Source of the DNA: Escherichia phage PNJ1902
Sequence record: OK254197.1
Direction: 5' to 3' (one strand)
DNA: 64,000 bases
Shown here: positions 27,695 to 35,318 of the stretch, piece after piece
How positions within the stretch are numbered: position 1 is the stretch's first letter
How the letters are laid out: every line of letters starts with the position of its first letter
Made by a program: the position numbers and the translations under genes
The notes under the pieces: generated by a model
What the model saw: the letters and a program-made list of their open reading frames with translations, nothing else
What the model was told of the DNA's origin: nothing
The model's database searches: none

Positions 27695-28042
27695 ATGATT
27701 AATGCTAAAGAAGAGTTGTTACTTGCCCTAAAGAATACTAATTCTGAAGTTAAGTGTATTAAGATAGAATTCGGTTATTATGGAGACAAAGAAGTTTGGG
27801 TATTGCCCGTAGGTTATACAGAAAAAGATATTGAAGATTTTCTAAATAATCTAGACTTTAAATATGACTCGGGTTTCGGTGGACAATTGCTTTATGGTAA
27901 CGTATGGTTTACTGATGGAACTTGGTTAGAACGTGGTGAATATGATGGTTCTGAATGGTGGGAGTATAAGACTACACCAGCAATCCCTGAGGAATGCCGA
28001 ACAATTAATGGTGAAGTAGATAATACTTTACGGTTAAACTAA
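27695..28042 (+). CDS. Hypothetical protein
   Basis: ORF track. Confidence 0.5.
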   Translation: MINAKEELLLALKNTNSEVKCIKIEFGYYGDKEVWVLPVGYTEKDIEDFLNNLDFKYDSGFGGQLLYGNVWFTDGTWLERGEYDGSEWWEYKTTPAIPEECRTINGEVDNTLRLN

Positions 28043-28046
28043 TAAA

Positions 28047-28157
28047 ATTTCAGTGCAGAACACGGAGCTAGCAATTCGGAAGTGCTGACTCATGATAAGC
28101 TGCCTATGTACTTGCGAAGCGGTCGTGTCCAAGACTCGGACTCTTGCACTGAAAACA
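28047..28157 (+). ncRNA. Candidate structured RNA closed by 10-bp terminal helix
   Basis: tttcagtgca...tgcactgaaa complementarity; no ORF. Confidence 0.25.
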
Positions 28158-28165
28158 ATCAAACA

Positions 28166-28287
28166 TTCTAGCGTGGTTGATGGGGAAACCAGCTTGGCTA
28201 GGGCAGAAGCTCGTTCGATTCGAGTGAAAGAATGGTTCTCGTAAGTCCGCACAAGTGATAACAGGTTCGAGTCCTGTCTAGAATGAC
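28166..28287 (+). ncRNA. Long tRNA-like element (about 120 nt)
   Basis: 7-bp closure attctag/ctagaat, D-arm-like tggt...acca, T-arm acagg-ttcgagt-cctgt with about 60-nt insertion. Confidence 0.3.
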
Positions 28288-28434
28288 ACTATAAAGTTTA
28301 CTTATTATGTAGGTTCCGATAGATCGGCGGGTCTATTCTGGCATTTAAGAGAGGTCTCGCAAACTTCTTTGTCAGCCGTGGGGTTGGTAGCCTCCAGGTG
28401 GCCTACACAATAAGTAAATTTATTAAAAATTCAT

Positions 28435-28463
28435 TTGCTATTCTGCTTAATTCTCTGTATAAT
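28435..28463 (+). promoter_or_regulatory. sigma70-type early promoter (TTGCTA-17-TATAAT)
   Basis: Read from sequence. Confidence 0.55.
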
Positions 28464-28496
28464 ATATTTTATAAAGTGAAGAGAAGGAAAGCAAAA

Positions 28497-28655
28497 TGAA
28501 ACACAAGATAGCTCAAGTTTTTATGGCATTATGGTGTATGCCAGTAGCTATAACAGCATTTAATCTAGATACTTTTACTATAGAAGAAAAATGTATCGGG
28601 TTAGTTAGCGGCTTTAGTATGCTGGGCTTATCCTTGTTGTGGTTGAAGAAATAAT
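28497..28655 (+). CDS. Hypothetical 52-aa membrane protein
   Basis: ATG after GAAGGAAAG RBS downstream of promoter; hydrophobic. Confidence 0.35.
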
Positions 28656-28658
28656 ATT

Positions 28659-28736
28659 CTCCGTGTAGCTCAGTTTGGCCAGAGCGTTTCGTTTGGGGCG
28701 ATAGGGTCGGGGGTTCAAATCCTCCCACGGAGACCA
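28659..28736 (+). tRNA. tRNA-Pro (anticodon UGG)
   Basis: D-arm gctc...gagc, anticodon loop tttgggg, T-arm ggggg-ttcaaat-cctcc, CCA. Confidence 0.65.
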
Positions 28737-28742
28737 AACAAT

Positions 28743-28820
28743 TGCGGGTTAGATCTCTGGTAGAGATCGCTAGTCTCATAAGCTAGAAAGAGGTAGGTTC
28801 GATTCCTGCACCCGCTTCCA
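28743..28820 (+). tRNA. tRNA with CAU anticodon (Met/Ile2), 1-72 mismatch
   Basis: D-arm gatc...gatc, anticodon stem ctagt/gctag, loop ctcataa, T-arm gtagg-ttcgatt-cctgc. Confidence 0.55.
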
Positions 28821-28840
28821 TTTTAATAGAGGATTTCGAA

Positions 28841-29001
28841 ATGAAAGTATTTCGATTAGTAGTAAGTGACAAACGTTTAGGTAAGAATACATCAAAATCC
28901 TTAATCGCTCATTACGGTAAAAATTGGGATGAAGTAATGGCAGAGTTTAATACTAATCACCCTTACTTGAAAGTTCACTCTATTAAAGAAGTATACAATG
29001 G
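28841..29001 (+). CDS. Hypothetical 52-aa protein
   Basis: ATG 28841 after GAGGA; below ORF-track cutoff. Confidence 0.3.
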
Positions 29002-29009
29002 TTACTAAT

Positions 29010-29088
29010 AGATCGCTAGCTCAATAGGTTTAGTAGCATCCGACTTTTAATCGGAAGGTTCTGGGTTCGAGTCCCAGGCGATCTACCA
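29010..29088 (+). tRNA. tRNA-Lys (anticodon UUU)
   Basis: Acceptor agatcgc/gcgatct, anticodon stem tccga/tcgga, loop cttttaa, T-arm ctggg-ttcgagt-cccag, CCA. Confidence 0.7.
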
Positions 29089-29107
29089 ATTTCAAGAAAA
29101 ACGCAGT

Positions 29108-29135
29108 TGCTTGATGCTTAATTTCTTGTTATAAT
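29108..29135 (+). promoter_or_regulatory. sigma70-type promoter (TTGCTT-16-TATAAT)
   Basis: Read from sequence. Confidence 0.5.
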
Positions 29136-29182
29136 ATTTATATAAATTGATGAGGAGAGATCCTCATCATAGTTCACTAAGG

Positions 29183-29350
29183 TATTAGCTCGACCTAGGA
29201 CTGGCTGCCAAAAAGCACGATCCCTTCTACTTGGGAGAAGTTCTAGATTAGTCCACTAGATTCAGCGGCAACTGAATAGTGTATCGGGTTTGCGAGATGA
29301 CGCAGTTCCTTCCGCTCGAAGCGAAGGTGCTGTAGTTACGCCGAGCTAAT
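29183..29350 (+). ncRNA. Candidate structured RNA closed by 9-bp terminal helix
   Basis: attagctcg...cgagctaat complementarity; multiple internal hairpins; no ORF. Confidence 0.25.
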
Positions 29351-29373
29351 AGCCTTAGTAAACTAAAGATTTT

Positions 29374-29448
29374 GGGCGGTTAGTTTATCTGGGAAAATAC
29401 CTGACTTGCACTCAGGAGTGAGGAGTTCGACTCTCCTACTGTCCACCA
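29374..29448 (+). tRNA. tRNA-Ala (anticodon UGC)
   Basis: Anticodon stem cctga/tcagg, loop cttgcac, T-arm aggag-ttcgact-ctcct, CCA. Confidence 0.65.
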
Positions 29449-29466
29449 AATTAAAGGGTATGTAGT

Positions 29467-29967
29467 ATGAAGGTAGCTAAAAATGGGAGAAAAGATAACT
29501 TAAATGAGTTAGAAATATTCCTCCACAATAACAAACTAGACGTAACCGCTAGTAATTACATGCAAATAGCTCTATGGTATAATGGGTATATAGTTAGGAA
29601 GGCCAATCCTAGTAAGGATAAGAAGTCAAATACATACCAAAAGAGACTAGAGCATAGCTATCAAAGATCCCTAAGAGTAGTACAGCTTTATTGTTATATC
29701 AATAATATAAATAATAAGCTGGGATATATTTATATAATATCTAATCCAGCTTTTCCAGGCTGGTTTAAAGTAGGAGCAGCCAAAGATGCTGAGACTAGAT
29801 TAAATACCTATCAAACATACTCCCCTTTTCGGGACTATGTATTAGAGTATTATAAACTAGTAGATAATTATGAACTCAAAGAAAAAGAAATCCTAAGTTC
29901 TTTTTCATCTAGAAATAATGAGTGGGTTCATGCTCCACTTGAAGAAATAATTGCTTGCGTGGCGTAA
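29467..29967 (+). CDS. GIY-YIG / T5orf172-type nuclease-domain protein (homing-endonuclease-like)
   Basis: GYIYIISNPAFPGWFKVGAAKD...R...Y..Y...E motif; 3' end overlaps tRNA-Leu by about 15 nt. Confidence 0.5.
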   Translation: MKVAKNGRKDNLNELEIFLHNNKLDVTASNYMQIALWYNGYIVRKANPSKDKKSNTYQKRLEHSYQRSLRVVQLYCYINNINNKLGYIYIISNPAFPGWFKVGAAKDAETRLNTYQTYSPFRDYVLEYYKLVDNYELKEKEILSSFSSRNNEWVHAPLEEIIACVA

Positions 29968-30035
29968 TTGGTAGACGCGCGATCCTTAGGAGTTCGTGTT
30001 AATTCGTGTGGGTTCGAGTCCCTCCGCAAGCACCA
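29953..30035 (+). tRNA. tRNA-Leu (anticodon UAG), class II
   Basis: Acceptor gcttgcg/cgcaagc, D-loop aattggtagac, anticodon loop cttagga, long variable arm, CCA. Confidence 0.65.
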
Positions 30036-30039
30036 AATT

Positions 30040-30112
30040 TGATGGTCAGAGTAAATTAAACCTACTATCTCGGTTGAGCTGTTTTAATGGGTTCGAATCC
30101 CAGCGAGGCGTA
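30040..30112 (+). tRNA. Possible degenerate tRNA or pseudo-tRNA
   Basis: T-arm-like tggg-ttcgaat-ccca but no complementary acceptor strand found. Confidence 0.2.
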
Positions 30113-30147
30113 ACTGCCTGGTGTGATAGGGGCATCATCTTATTATT

Positions 30148-30238
30148 GGAAGAGCAAATCGAATTGGCGACGAAAACCGCTTGGAAAGTGGCTGACTGGT
30201 AAAACGGCTTGAGAGTTCAAATCTCTCCTCTTCCGCCA
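30148..30238 (+). tRNA. tRNA-Ser (anticodon GGA), class II
   Basis: Acceptor ggaagag/ctcttcc, anticodon loop ttggaaa, T-arm gagag-ttcaaat-ctctc, CCA. Confidence 0.65.
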
Positions 30239-30250
30239 AACAATTTATAT

Positions 30251-30345
30251 GGTAGGTCAATCCAACGGCTGGCGCTGGACTCCGACTTGAAATCGGTTGA
30301 TCGTAGTGATACGGTGTAAGGGTTCGATCCCCTTACCTACCTCCA
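30251..30345 (+). tRNA. tRNA-Ser (anticodon UGA), class II
   Basis: Acceptor ggtaggt/acctacc, anticodon loop cttgaaa, T-arm aaggg-ttcgatc-ccctt, CCA. Confidence 0.6.
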
Positions 30346-30350
30346 AATCT

Positions 30351-30482
30351 TGAAGTATGCCGGAATTGGTAGACGGGGCTGCCTAAAAGGTTTATAGAGA
30401 ACATCCACTCTCTACAACATACCTCATAAAGCGGCTGAGATAAATGGTCTATCTCGTGAAGGTTCAAGTCCTTCTGCTTCTT
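30351..30482 (+). ncRNA. Long tRNA-like element with Leu-type D-arm and canonical T-arm, about 55-nt insertion
   Basis: D-loop aattggtagac, T-arm gaagg-ttcaagt-ccttc, acceptor-like pairing of ends. Confidence 0.3.
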
Positions 30483-30711
30483 GATACATCTATGGCTCAA
30501 AGTGTAACGGTGCTATTTGATGCTCTTAGTAAGACTTCCCCGACATGCGTTCGGGAGTAAGCTGCTAAGGCTAGGGTAGAAGAGTTTCGGAGAGCCGCCA
30601 CAATTGAAAATTCGTACTCGTCTTGAGCTGCGTGCAATAGGAGATAACTTGATTAGTATTCTAGAACATGCTAATTGAGGAAGGTTTCGCTAACCCTGCG
30701 AGTTTTCAATT

Positions 30712-30788
30712 GTGGCTATATCATAATTGGTTAATGATCCTGATTGTGAATCAGGCCTATGTGGATTCGAATTCCACTAGCCACCCCA
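30712..30788 (+). tRNA. tRNA-His (anticodon GUG)
   Basis: Acceptor gtggcta/tagccac, anticodon stem cctga/tcagg, loop ttgtgaa, T-arm gtgga-ttcgaat-tccac, CCA. Confidence 0.7.
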
Positions 30789-30813
30789 AATTAACTTAAA
30801 TAGGAAATAAAAT

Positions 30814-31008
30814 ATGGCTGATTTCTGCAAACAATGCTCCATTGATATGTGGGGCAGAGATACTGGTGATCTTTCTGGTTTGATTACAGAAGCTGAAGTT
30901 AAAGAAGGCTACGGTGCTGTTGTGATTTGCGAGGGATGCGGAGTTATTCGAGTAGATCATGAAGGCAAACGTTTGGAAGAATCTGAGCCAACAACAATTT
31001 TTCCGTAG
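30814..31008 (+). CDS. Small Cys-rich (zinc-binding-like) protein
   Basis: ORF track; CKQC...CEGC. Confidence 0.45.
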   Translation: MADFCKQCSIDMWGRDTGDLSGLITEAEVKEGYGAVVICEGCGVIRVDHEGKRLEESEPTTIFP

Positions 31009-31020
31009 AATAAAAATTAT

Positions 31021-31096
31021 TGGGATGTAGATCAATTGGCAGATCGTCGGCCTCTGACTCCGAAGGTTCCACGTTCGATCCGTGGCATCCCAGCCA
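31021..31096 (+). tRNA. tRNA-Gln (anticodon CUG)
   Basis: Acceptor tgggatg/catccca, loop ctctgac, T-arm ccacg-ttcgatc-cgtgg, CCA. Confidence 0.6.
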
Positions 31097-31102
31097 AATA
31101 AT

Positions 31103-31178
31103 TGGAGAGTAGTGTAACGGTTAGCACAACGGCCTTTGACTCCGTTAATGGTAGGTTCGATTCCTCCTTCTCCAGCCA
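31103..31178 (+). tRNA. tRNA-Gln (anticodon UUG)
   Basis: Acceptor tggagag/ttctcca, D-arm gtgt...caca, loop ctttgac, CCA. Confidence 0.55.
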
Positions 31179-31186
31179 AACAATAA

Positions 31187-31262
31187 GCGGTTAAGCACAC
31201 GGGTTGTGCCGCAGGCCTTCCAAGCCTCGCTGAGTAGGGTTCGATTCCCTCTAGCCGCTCCA
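31187..31262 (+). tRNA. tRNA-Gly (anticodon UCC)
   Basis: Acceptor gcggtta/tagccgc, loop cttccaa, T-arm taggg-ttcgatt-ccctc, CCA. Confidence 0.55.
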
Positions 31263-31278
31263 ACTTTAAGGAAACGTT

Positions 31279-31533
31279 ATGCACGTTTTTGAATTTCGTA
31301 ATAAAAGTACCGATAAACGAGTTATTGTTATTGGGGAAACATACCGAGCATACGAACAAACTGACGGCTCTGTTATCCTGAATGATGAGAAAGGAGGTTT
31401 TAGCTTTTATCCAGAAGAACCTTATGAAGAGTTTCGAAAACAATTTAACCTAGACTGGAGAAAGCATTTAAACACTGTTGCTTCATCTGTAATACTGCCA
31501 ACTACCAGTACTGAGTCCTCTAATGGCCGATAA
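31279..31533 (+). CDS. Hypothetical protein
   Basis: ORF track. Confidence 0.5.
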   Translation: MHVFEFRNKSTDKRVIVIGETYRAYEQTDGSVILNDEKGGFSFYPEEPYEEFRKQFNLDWRKHLNTVASSVILPTTSTESSNGR

Positions 31534-31687
31534 CCTAAAAGTAAAGATCGATAAACAAAAGAAACGTGTAGAAGTAGAGATTGGTGAAGAACGTGTAGCC
31601 TTCACCTTTGAATTTCTACAACAAATGGCAATGACAGTTATGACTGACAAGTCTCCTATTATTGAAAAAGAAATCCCGTTGGAATAA
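31523..31687 (+). CDS. Hypothetical 54-aa protein
   Basis: ATG overlapping previous stop; below ORF-track cutoff. Confidence 0.3.
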   Translation: MADNLKVKIDKQKKRVEVEIGEERVAFTFEFLQQMAMTVMTDKSPIIEKEIPLE

Positions 31688-31695
31688 CGGGTTCT

Positions 31696-31782
31696 GCTGG
31701 GTTGGCAGAATGGTTGAATGCACCTGATTTGTAATCAGGAGGAGTAATCCCGTTGCAGGTTCGAATCCTGTGCCCAGCACCA
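31696..31782 (+). tRNA. tRNA-Thr-like (anticodon UGU) with long hairpinned variable arm
   Basis: Acceptor gctgggt/gcccagc, anticodon stem cctga/tcagg, loop tttgtaa, T-arm gcagg-ttcgaat-cctgt, CCA. Confidence 0.55.
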
Positions 31783-31797
31783 ATTTAAGGATTAGTA

Positions 31798-31964
31798 TGT
31801 TTAAACTCCTAGTAGTTATCTGGTATAGCCAATCAAACAGAGCTAATACCTCTCACGTTATAGACTTTAATACTAAAAATGAAGCTGAAGAAGCATATGC
31901 TAATTTAATACAACGTAATAAAGAATCTCGTAGTATAGTTTATGAAGTGACTAAACTTTATTAA
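31798..31964 (+). CDS. Hypothetical 55-aa protein
   Basis: ATG 31798 after AAGGA; track ORF 31770 start would overlap tRNA. Confidence 0.35.
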
Positions 31965-31973
31965 AAATTCATT

Positions 31974-32001
31974 TGCCTTCTCTCTTATTTCTTGTTATAA
32001 T
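31974..32001 (+). promoter_or_regulatory. sigma70-type promoter (TTGCCT-16-TATAAT)
   Basis: Read from sequence. Confidence 0.5.
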
Positions 32002-32031
32002 ATTTATATAAATTAATGAGAGGGAAACCAA

Positions 32032-32325
32032 ATGAAACGTTATCTTTCTGTTATGTTCCAAACTGGTGGTCAACGCTATACTTATGAATTTCCTAGCTCT
32101 TGGAAGATCAAAGAAGGTGATCAAGTAGTAGTGTTAACACCGCGCGAGGGTTTCAAGGTAGTAACGGTTAAGCAAGTATTTCCAAAAGATCGTGAACCAG
32201 CTAAAGGCATTCGCTATAAGATGATTCATGGTGTAGTTCGTCAAGTACCACGAGCGGAAGTCGAAATCAAAGTAGATAAAGATGGTAAACTTAAATATAC
32301 CTCTTGCTTAGACGAGTTGCTATAA
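32032..32325 (+). CDS. Hypothetical protein
   Basis: ORF track; GAGGGAAACCAAATG. Confidence 0.5.
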   Translation: MKRYLSVMFQTGGQRYTYEFPSSWKIKEGDQVVVLTPREGFKVVTVKQVFPKDREPAKGIRYKMIHGVVRQVPRAEVEIKVDKDGKLKYTSCLDELL

Positions 32326-32531
32326 TGAGAATTACTTTCACAGAAAAGATTATGGGTAATGGTGTTATGATCATTACCGCATGGGATGGTAATCAGTGGT
32401 GTAGTGTTTCAGGTATTAAGCCTGAAGAACAAACACTAGAAAATATCTCAAAGATTAAGCGAAGAATGGCAGAACGTGCACGACTTCCAGGTGCGCCTAG
32501 AAATGGTAAACGTTCTGCAATTAAATATTAA
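32325..32531 (+). CDS. Hypothetical protein
   Basis: ATG 32325 overlapping previous stop. Confidence 0.4.
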   Translation: MRITFTEKIMGNGVMIITAWDGNQWCSVSGIKPEEQTLENISKIKRRMAERARLPGAPRNGKRSAIKY

Positions 32532-32532
32532 T

Positions 32533-32609
32533 GCTTCGGTAGCTTAGCGATCTAAAGCACTCGGCTGATAACCGAGAGATCGGGGGTTTAAATCCCTCCC
32601 GGAGTACCA
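32533..32609 (+). tRNA. tRNA-Ile (anticodon GAU)
   Basis: D-arm gctt...aagc, anticodon stem ctcgg/ccgag, loop ctgataa, T-arm ggggg-tttaaat-ccctc, CCA. Confidence 0.65.
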
Positions 32610-32705
32610 AATTTAGGAATTAAGACTATGCGTCCAGGAAAGTTTAAAAAAGCTAATTGGTCTAAAGAGTATAAAGAATACTTACTTAGTCTAGTAAAAC
32701 ATAAC

Positions 32706-32781
32706 AGTTAGTTGGCAGAGTGGTTATGCACCTCCTTCATACGGAGCGACTACAGTGGTTCAAATCCACTACTAACTACCA
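32706..32781 (+). tRNA. tRNA with CAU anticodon (Met/fMet/Ile2)
   Basis: Acceptor agttagt/actaact, loop ttcatac, T-arm agtgg-ttcaaat-ccact, CCA. Confidence 0.6.
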
Positions 32782-32818
32782 TTAAAATAGCTAGAGATAG
32801 CTAAATTTAGGAGCAGCT

Positions 32819-33013
32819 ATGTTAACAATTAAAATAATGTCAGCCAAGAATGGTGAACATATCCATACGGGCAAAAGCGTAAGCTTTAATCCTAGAAATA
32901 AGAGATTGGCTATAGTTGGAGTAGATCAAGCCATCTTTTTAAAAGAAGATGAAGTAGCATACGTCATGAACCAAACTGGTAAGACAGTTTCCGTATACTA
33001 TGGAAAAGTATAA
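32819..33013 (+). CDS. Hypothetical small protein
   Basis: ORF track; AGGAGCAGCTATG. Confidence 0.45.
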   Translation: MLTIKIMSAKNGEHIHTGKSVSFNPRNKRLAIVGVDQAIFLKEDEVAYVMNQTGKTVSVYYGKV

Positions 33014-33055
33014 AGAATAAAGAGCTGAGCCAAATTCTAACATCGGGGAGATCTA

Positions 33056-33424
33056 ATGAAAGCATATCAAAATCTTAAATCTGGCGTAATTAACCTTGTT
33101 CATGAAAATCAGATTATTCAGCTATACTCCGACAATGGTGAACTTAAACAGAAAGTTCTAGTTGAAGATCTAGAAGGTATCACACCACAATTCGATCCCG
33201 AAGCCTTCCGTGAAGTCAAAGTGGAAGTCGCCCCTCAAATCGAAGGTGGTCAGCACCTAAATGTCAATGTGTTAAGCCGTGATCAGCTTTTGGATGCGCA
33301 GAAACATCCTGAAAAATATCCTCAGTTGACCATCCGTGTTTCCGGGTACGCTGTACGTTTTAATGCACTGACTCGTGAACAGCAGAACGACGTTATTAGT
33401 CGTACATTTACTCAGGCGATGTAA
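33056..33424 (+). CDS. grcA: Autonomous glycyl-radical cofactor (GrcA/YfiD-like)
   Basis: C-terminal half [11 protein letters not shown]...[37 protein letters not shown] closely matches the E. coli YfiD/GrcA sequence as I recall it, including the RVSGY glycyl-radical motif. Confidence 0.8.
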   Translation: MKAYQNLKSGVINLVHENQIIQLYSDNGELKQKVLVEDLEGITPQFDPEAFREVKVEVAPQIEGGQHLNVNVLSRDQLLDAQKHPEKYPQLTIRVSGYAVRFNALTREQQNDVISRTFTQAM

Positions 33425-33505
33425 TGGGGTTTGGATACGATTTCTACCAGCTACGCAAGGTAGTCGAGCAAACTCCATTTATCTCCCAAGTTTTAGGAGA
33501 AATGT

Positions 33506-33811
33506 GTGGATCGAGCATTAAGACGCCATCACCGGCAACGTGTGAAGAACAACCGCAAGAAGTATTGGACAGTCTTTCCACATGAAGAAAGCCCTAAGCG
33601 GTTAGGTATTGTCACTACTACTCCTTGCATCTGTTCTTGTTGGATGTGTGGGAACCCTCGCAAATACTATAAGAATAGTAAAGCAGGCATGAAAACCTCG
33701 GAGATCCGGAAAATGGAAGCGATGATTGCTGACATCACCTATACTGGTGGTATTTCAAATGATGAATTTGATGGCTTCGTGGCGTTCGAAGATGAACGCC
33801 CCGATCTGTAA
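33506..33811 (+). CDS. Hypothetical basic Cys-containing protein
   Basis: ORF track (GTG start after AGGAGAAA). Confidence 0.4.
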   Translation: MDRALRRHHRQRVKNNRKKYWTVFPHEESPKRLGIVTTTPCICSCWMCGNPRKYYKNSKAGMKTSEIRKMEAMIADITYTGGISNDEFDGFVAFEDERPDL

Positions 33812-33825
33812 TTAATAACAAACCC

Positions 33826-33866
33826 CAGCTATTGAATAAGTAGTCTGGGGTTTTTCTGTATAAAGG
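33826..33866 (+). terminator. Rho-independent terminator
   Basis: aaaccccag...ctggggttttt. Confidence 0.6.
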
Positions 33867-33932
33867 TACATAATATATGTATAATAAAATTCATCCACAT
33901 TAGGTTAATTTAAAAGACTTAATGGAGGTAAT

Positions 33933-34280
33933 ATGAGCCGTACTTACCGTAAACAATCTGGTGATCAGTGGTGGAAGTCTAAAGAACAATTCTCTCAAGA
34001 ATATTCTTTCCTCAAAGAAAATGGCTACTGGATTCGTGTTATTTATGCCAAATCTTGGGATGACATCAAGAAAGAAATGAAGGAAGCAACCATTCGTAAT
34101 GAGAAAAAGGATGGTTATAACTGGAATTCTATTAGTAAGAATGTTAAGTGGCATTCTAATAAAATGGTTCGTCAAGGGAATCGTCAAGAACTCCACCGCG
34201 TGATGAAAGATCCAGAAAATTATGACTATAATCGCGATCATGACATGCGTAAGCGTGGATTATGGTGGTGCTATGACTAA
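33933..34280 (+). CDS. Hypothetical protein
   Basis: ORF track; GGAGG RBS. Confidence 0.5.
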   Translation: MSRTYRKQSGDQWWKSKEQFSQEYSFLKENGYWIRVIYAKSWDDIKKEMKEATIRNEKKDGYNWNSISKNVKWHSNKMVRQGNRQELHRVMKDPENYDYNRDHDMRKRGLWWCYD

Positions 34281-34297
34281 ATTCTGAAATAATTCAT

Positions 34298-34326
34298 TTG
34301 CTAAACCTCTCTTTTCTTGCTATAAT
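34298..34326 (+). promoter_or_regulatory. sigma70-type early promoter (TTGCTA-17-TATAAT)
   Basis: Read from sequence. Confidence 0.55.
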
Positions 34327-34356
34327 ATGTTTATAAATTGATGAGAGAGGTTTGAA

Positions 34357-34638
34357 ATGAAAACTCGTCTAGACTGTGCTGTTCATGTTCTTGAACATGA
34401 TGTTGCAGGAACCTGTATGTCTTACCACGAAGCAGGTCGTTTAATTAAAGAACGTGTGGCAGATGTGTGCGGATTGAAGATTACTGCTGAGGAAGCTGAT
34501 GATCTTTTAGGCCAAGCACTGGAGAAAACCGAAATGTTTCTCTGCGATTCTTGTTCTTGGTGGTGTGAAGCTCACGAACGTTCTTTCAACGATTATGATG
34601 TATGTCGTGACTGTAGTGGGGAGGATGAAGATGAATAA
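34357..34638 (+). CDS. Small Cys-rich protein (CDSCSWWC...CRDCSG)
   Basis: ORF track. Confidence 0.5.
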   Translation: MKTRLDCAVHVLEHDVAGTCMSYHEAGRLIKERVADVCGLKITAEEADDLLGQALEKTEMFLCDSCSWWCEAHERSFNDYDVCRDCSGEDEDE

Positions 34639-34930
34639 GTTTATTATTGCACTGGTGATCTCCGCAGTTAGTTTAGGTTCTCTAGCGTCTACCAAAGTTT
34701 CTATGAAAAATGGCAGTGTTAAAGTCCAACAGAACGGCATTATTACCGAGTATGGTAAAGTTCGTGATGTTAAGGAACGTAATGGTAAAGTAGAAATCTA
34801 TACTAATAAAAACTTCTCTACTCCAGCCGTTACTATTAGCAAACGCGGTGAAATAACCACTCAACGTACTAATAGCTCCAGTTCTTTTACTTGTCGTTAT
34901 GATTGCGACTTTGAAGGTGAAGATGAATAA
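34631..34930 (+). CDS. Secreted/periplasmic small protein with signal peptide
   Basis: MNKFIIALVISAVSLGSLAS N-terminus; ATG 34631 overlapping previous stop. Confidence 0.45.
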   Translation: MNKFIIALVISAVSLGSLASTKVSMKNGSVKVQQNGIITEYGKVRDVKERNGKVEIYTNKNFSTPAVTISKRGEITTQRTNSSSSFTCRYDCDFEGEDE

Positions 34931-35318
34931 TTTAGACCCTAGAATTAAATTTGCAATTACAGAAATCCAAGATCAAATTGATGAGGATTTCACTGTTTGG
35001 TCAAGGTCTGGTAATGGAGAATATTGCCAGCTTTATAGTATGAAAATGGGTATCTCAATTGAGCTTAATATCAACTCTGAAGGTAGAGTAGAAGCCCGAC
35101 CCATGTTCAGTGTTCCAGGCTTCTCTGGATTTGTTGCAGGTATAAAATTGTGTCTACCAAATAACCATCTTCATCGAGTTATTTGTCAGCTAGAGACTAT
35201 TAAGCATTTCTTACCAGAAGGTAACATTAATGACTACTACCATGAAGTTGTAGCAGCTCATATGATGAAAGAAACTAAACGTAGGAGAGAAGAACGTGAA
35301 AAGACTAAACATCAATAG
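34923..35318 (+). CDS. Hypothetical protein
   Basis: In-frame part of track ORF 34899..35318. Confidence 0.45.
   Translation: MNNLDPRIKFAITEIQDQIDEDFTVWSRSGNGEYCQLYSMKMGISIELNINSEGRVEARPMFSVPGFSGFVAGIKLCLPNNHLHRVICQLETIKHFLPEGNINDYYHEVVAAHMMKETKRRREEREKTKHQ

Noticed and set aside
29996-31443. Track ORFs 29996..30202 (+) and 30796..31443 (-) spanning the tRNA block
   Set aside because: They run through multiple well-formed tRNA genes and lack translation signals; spurious
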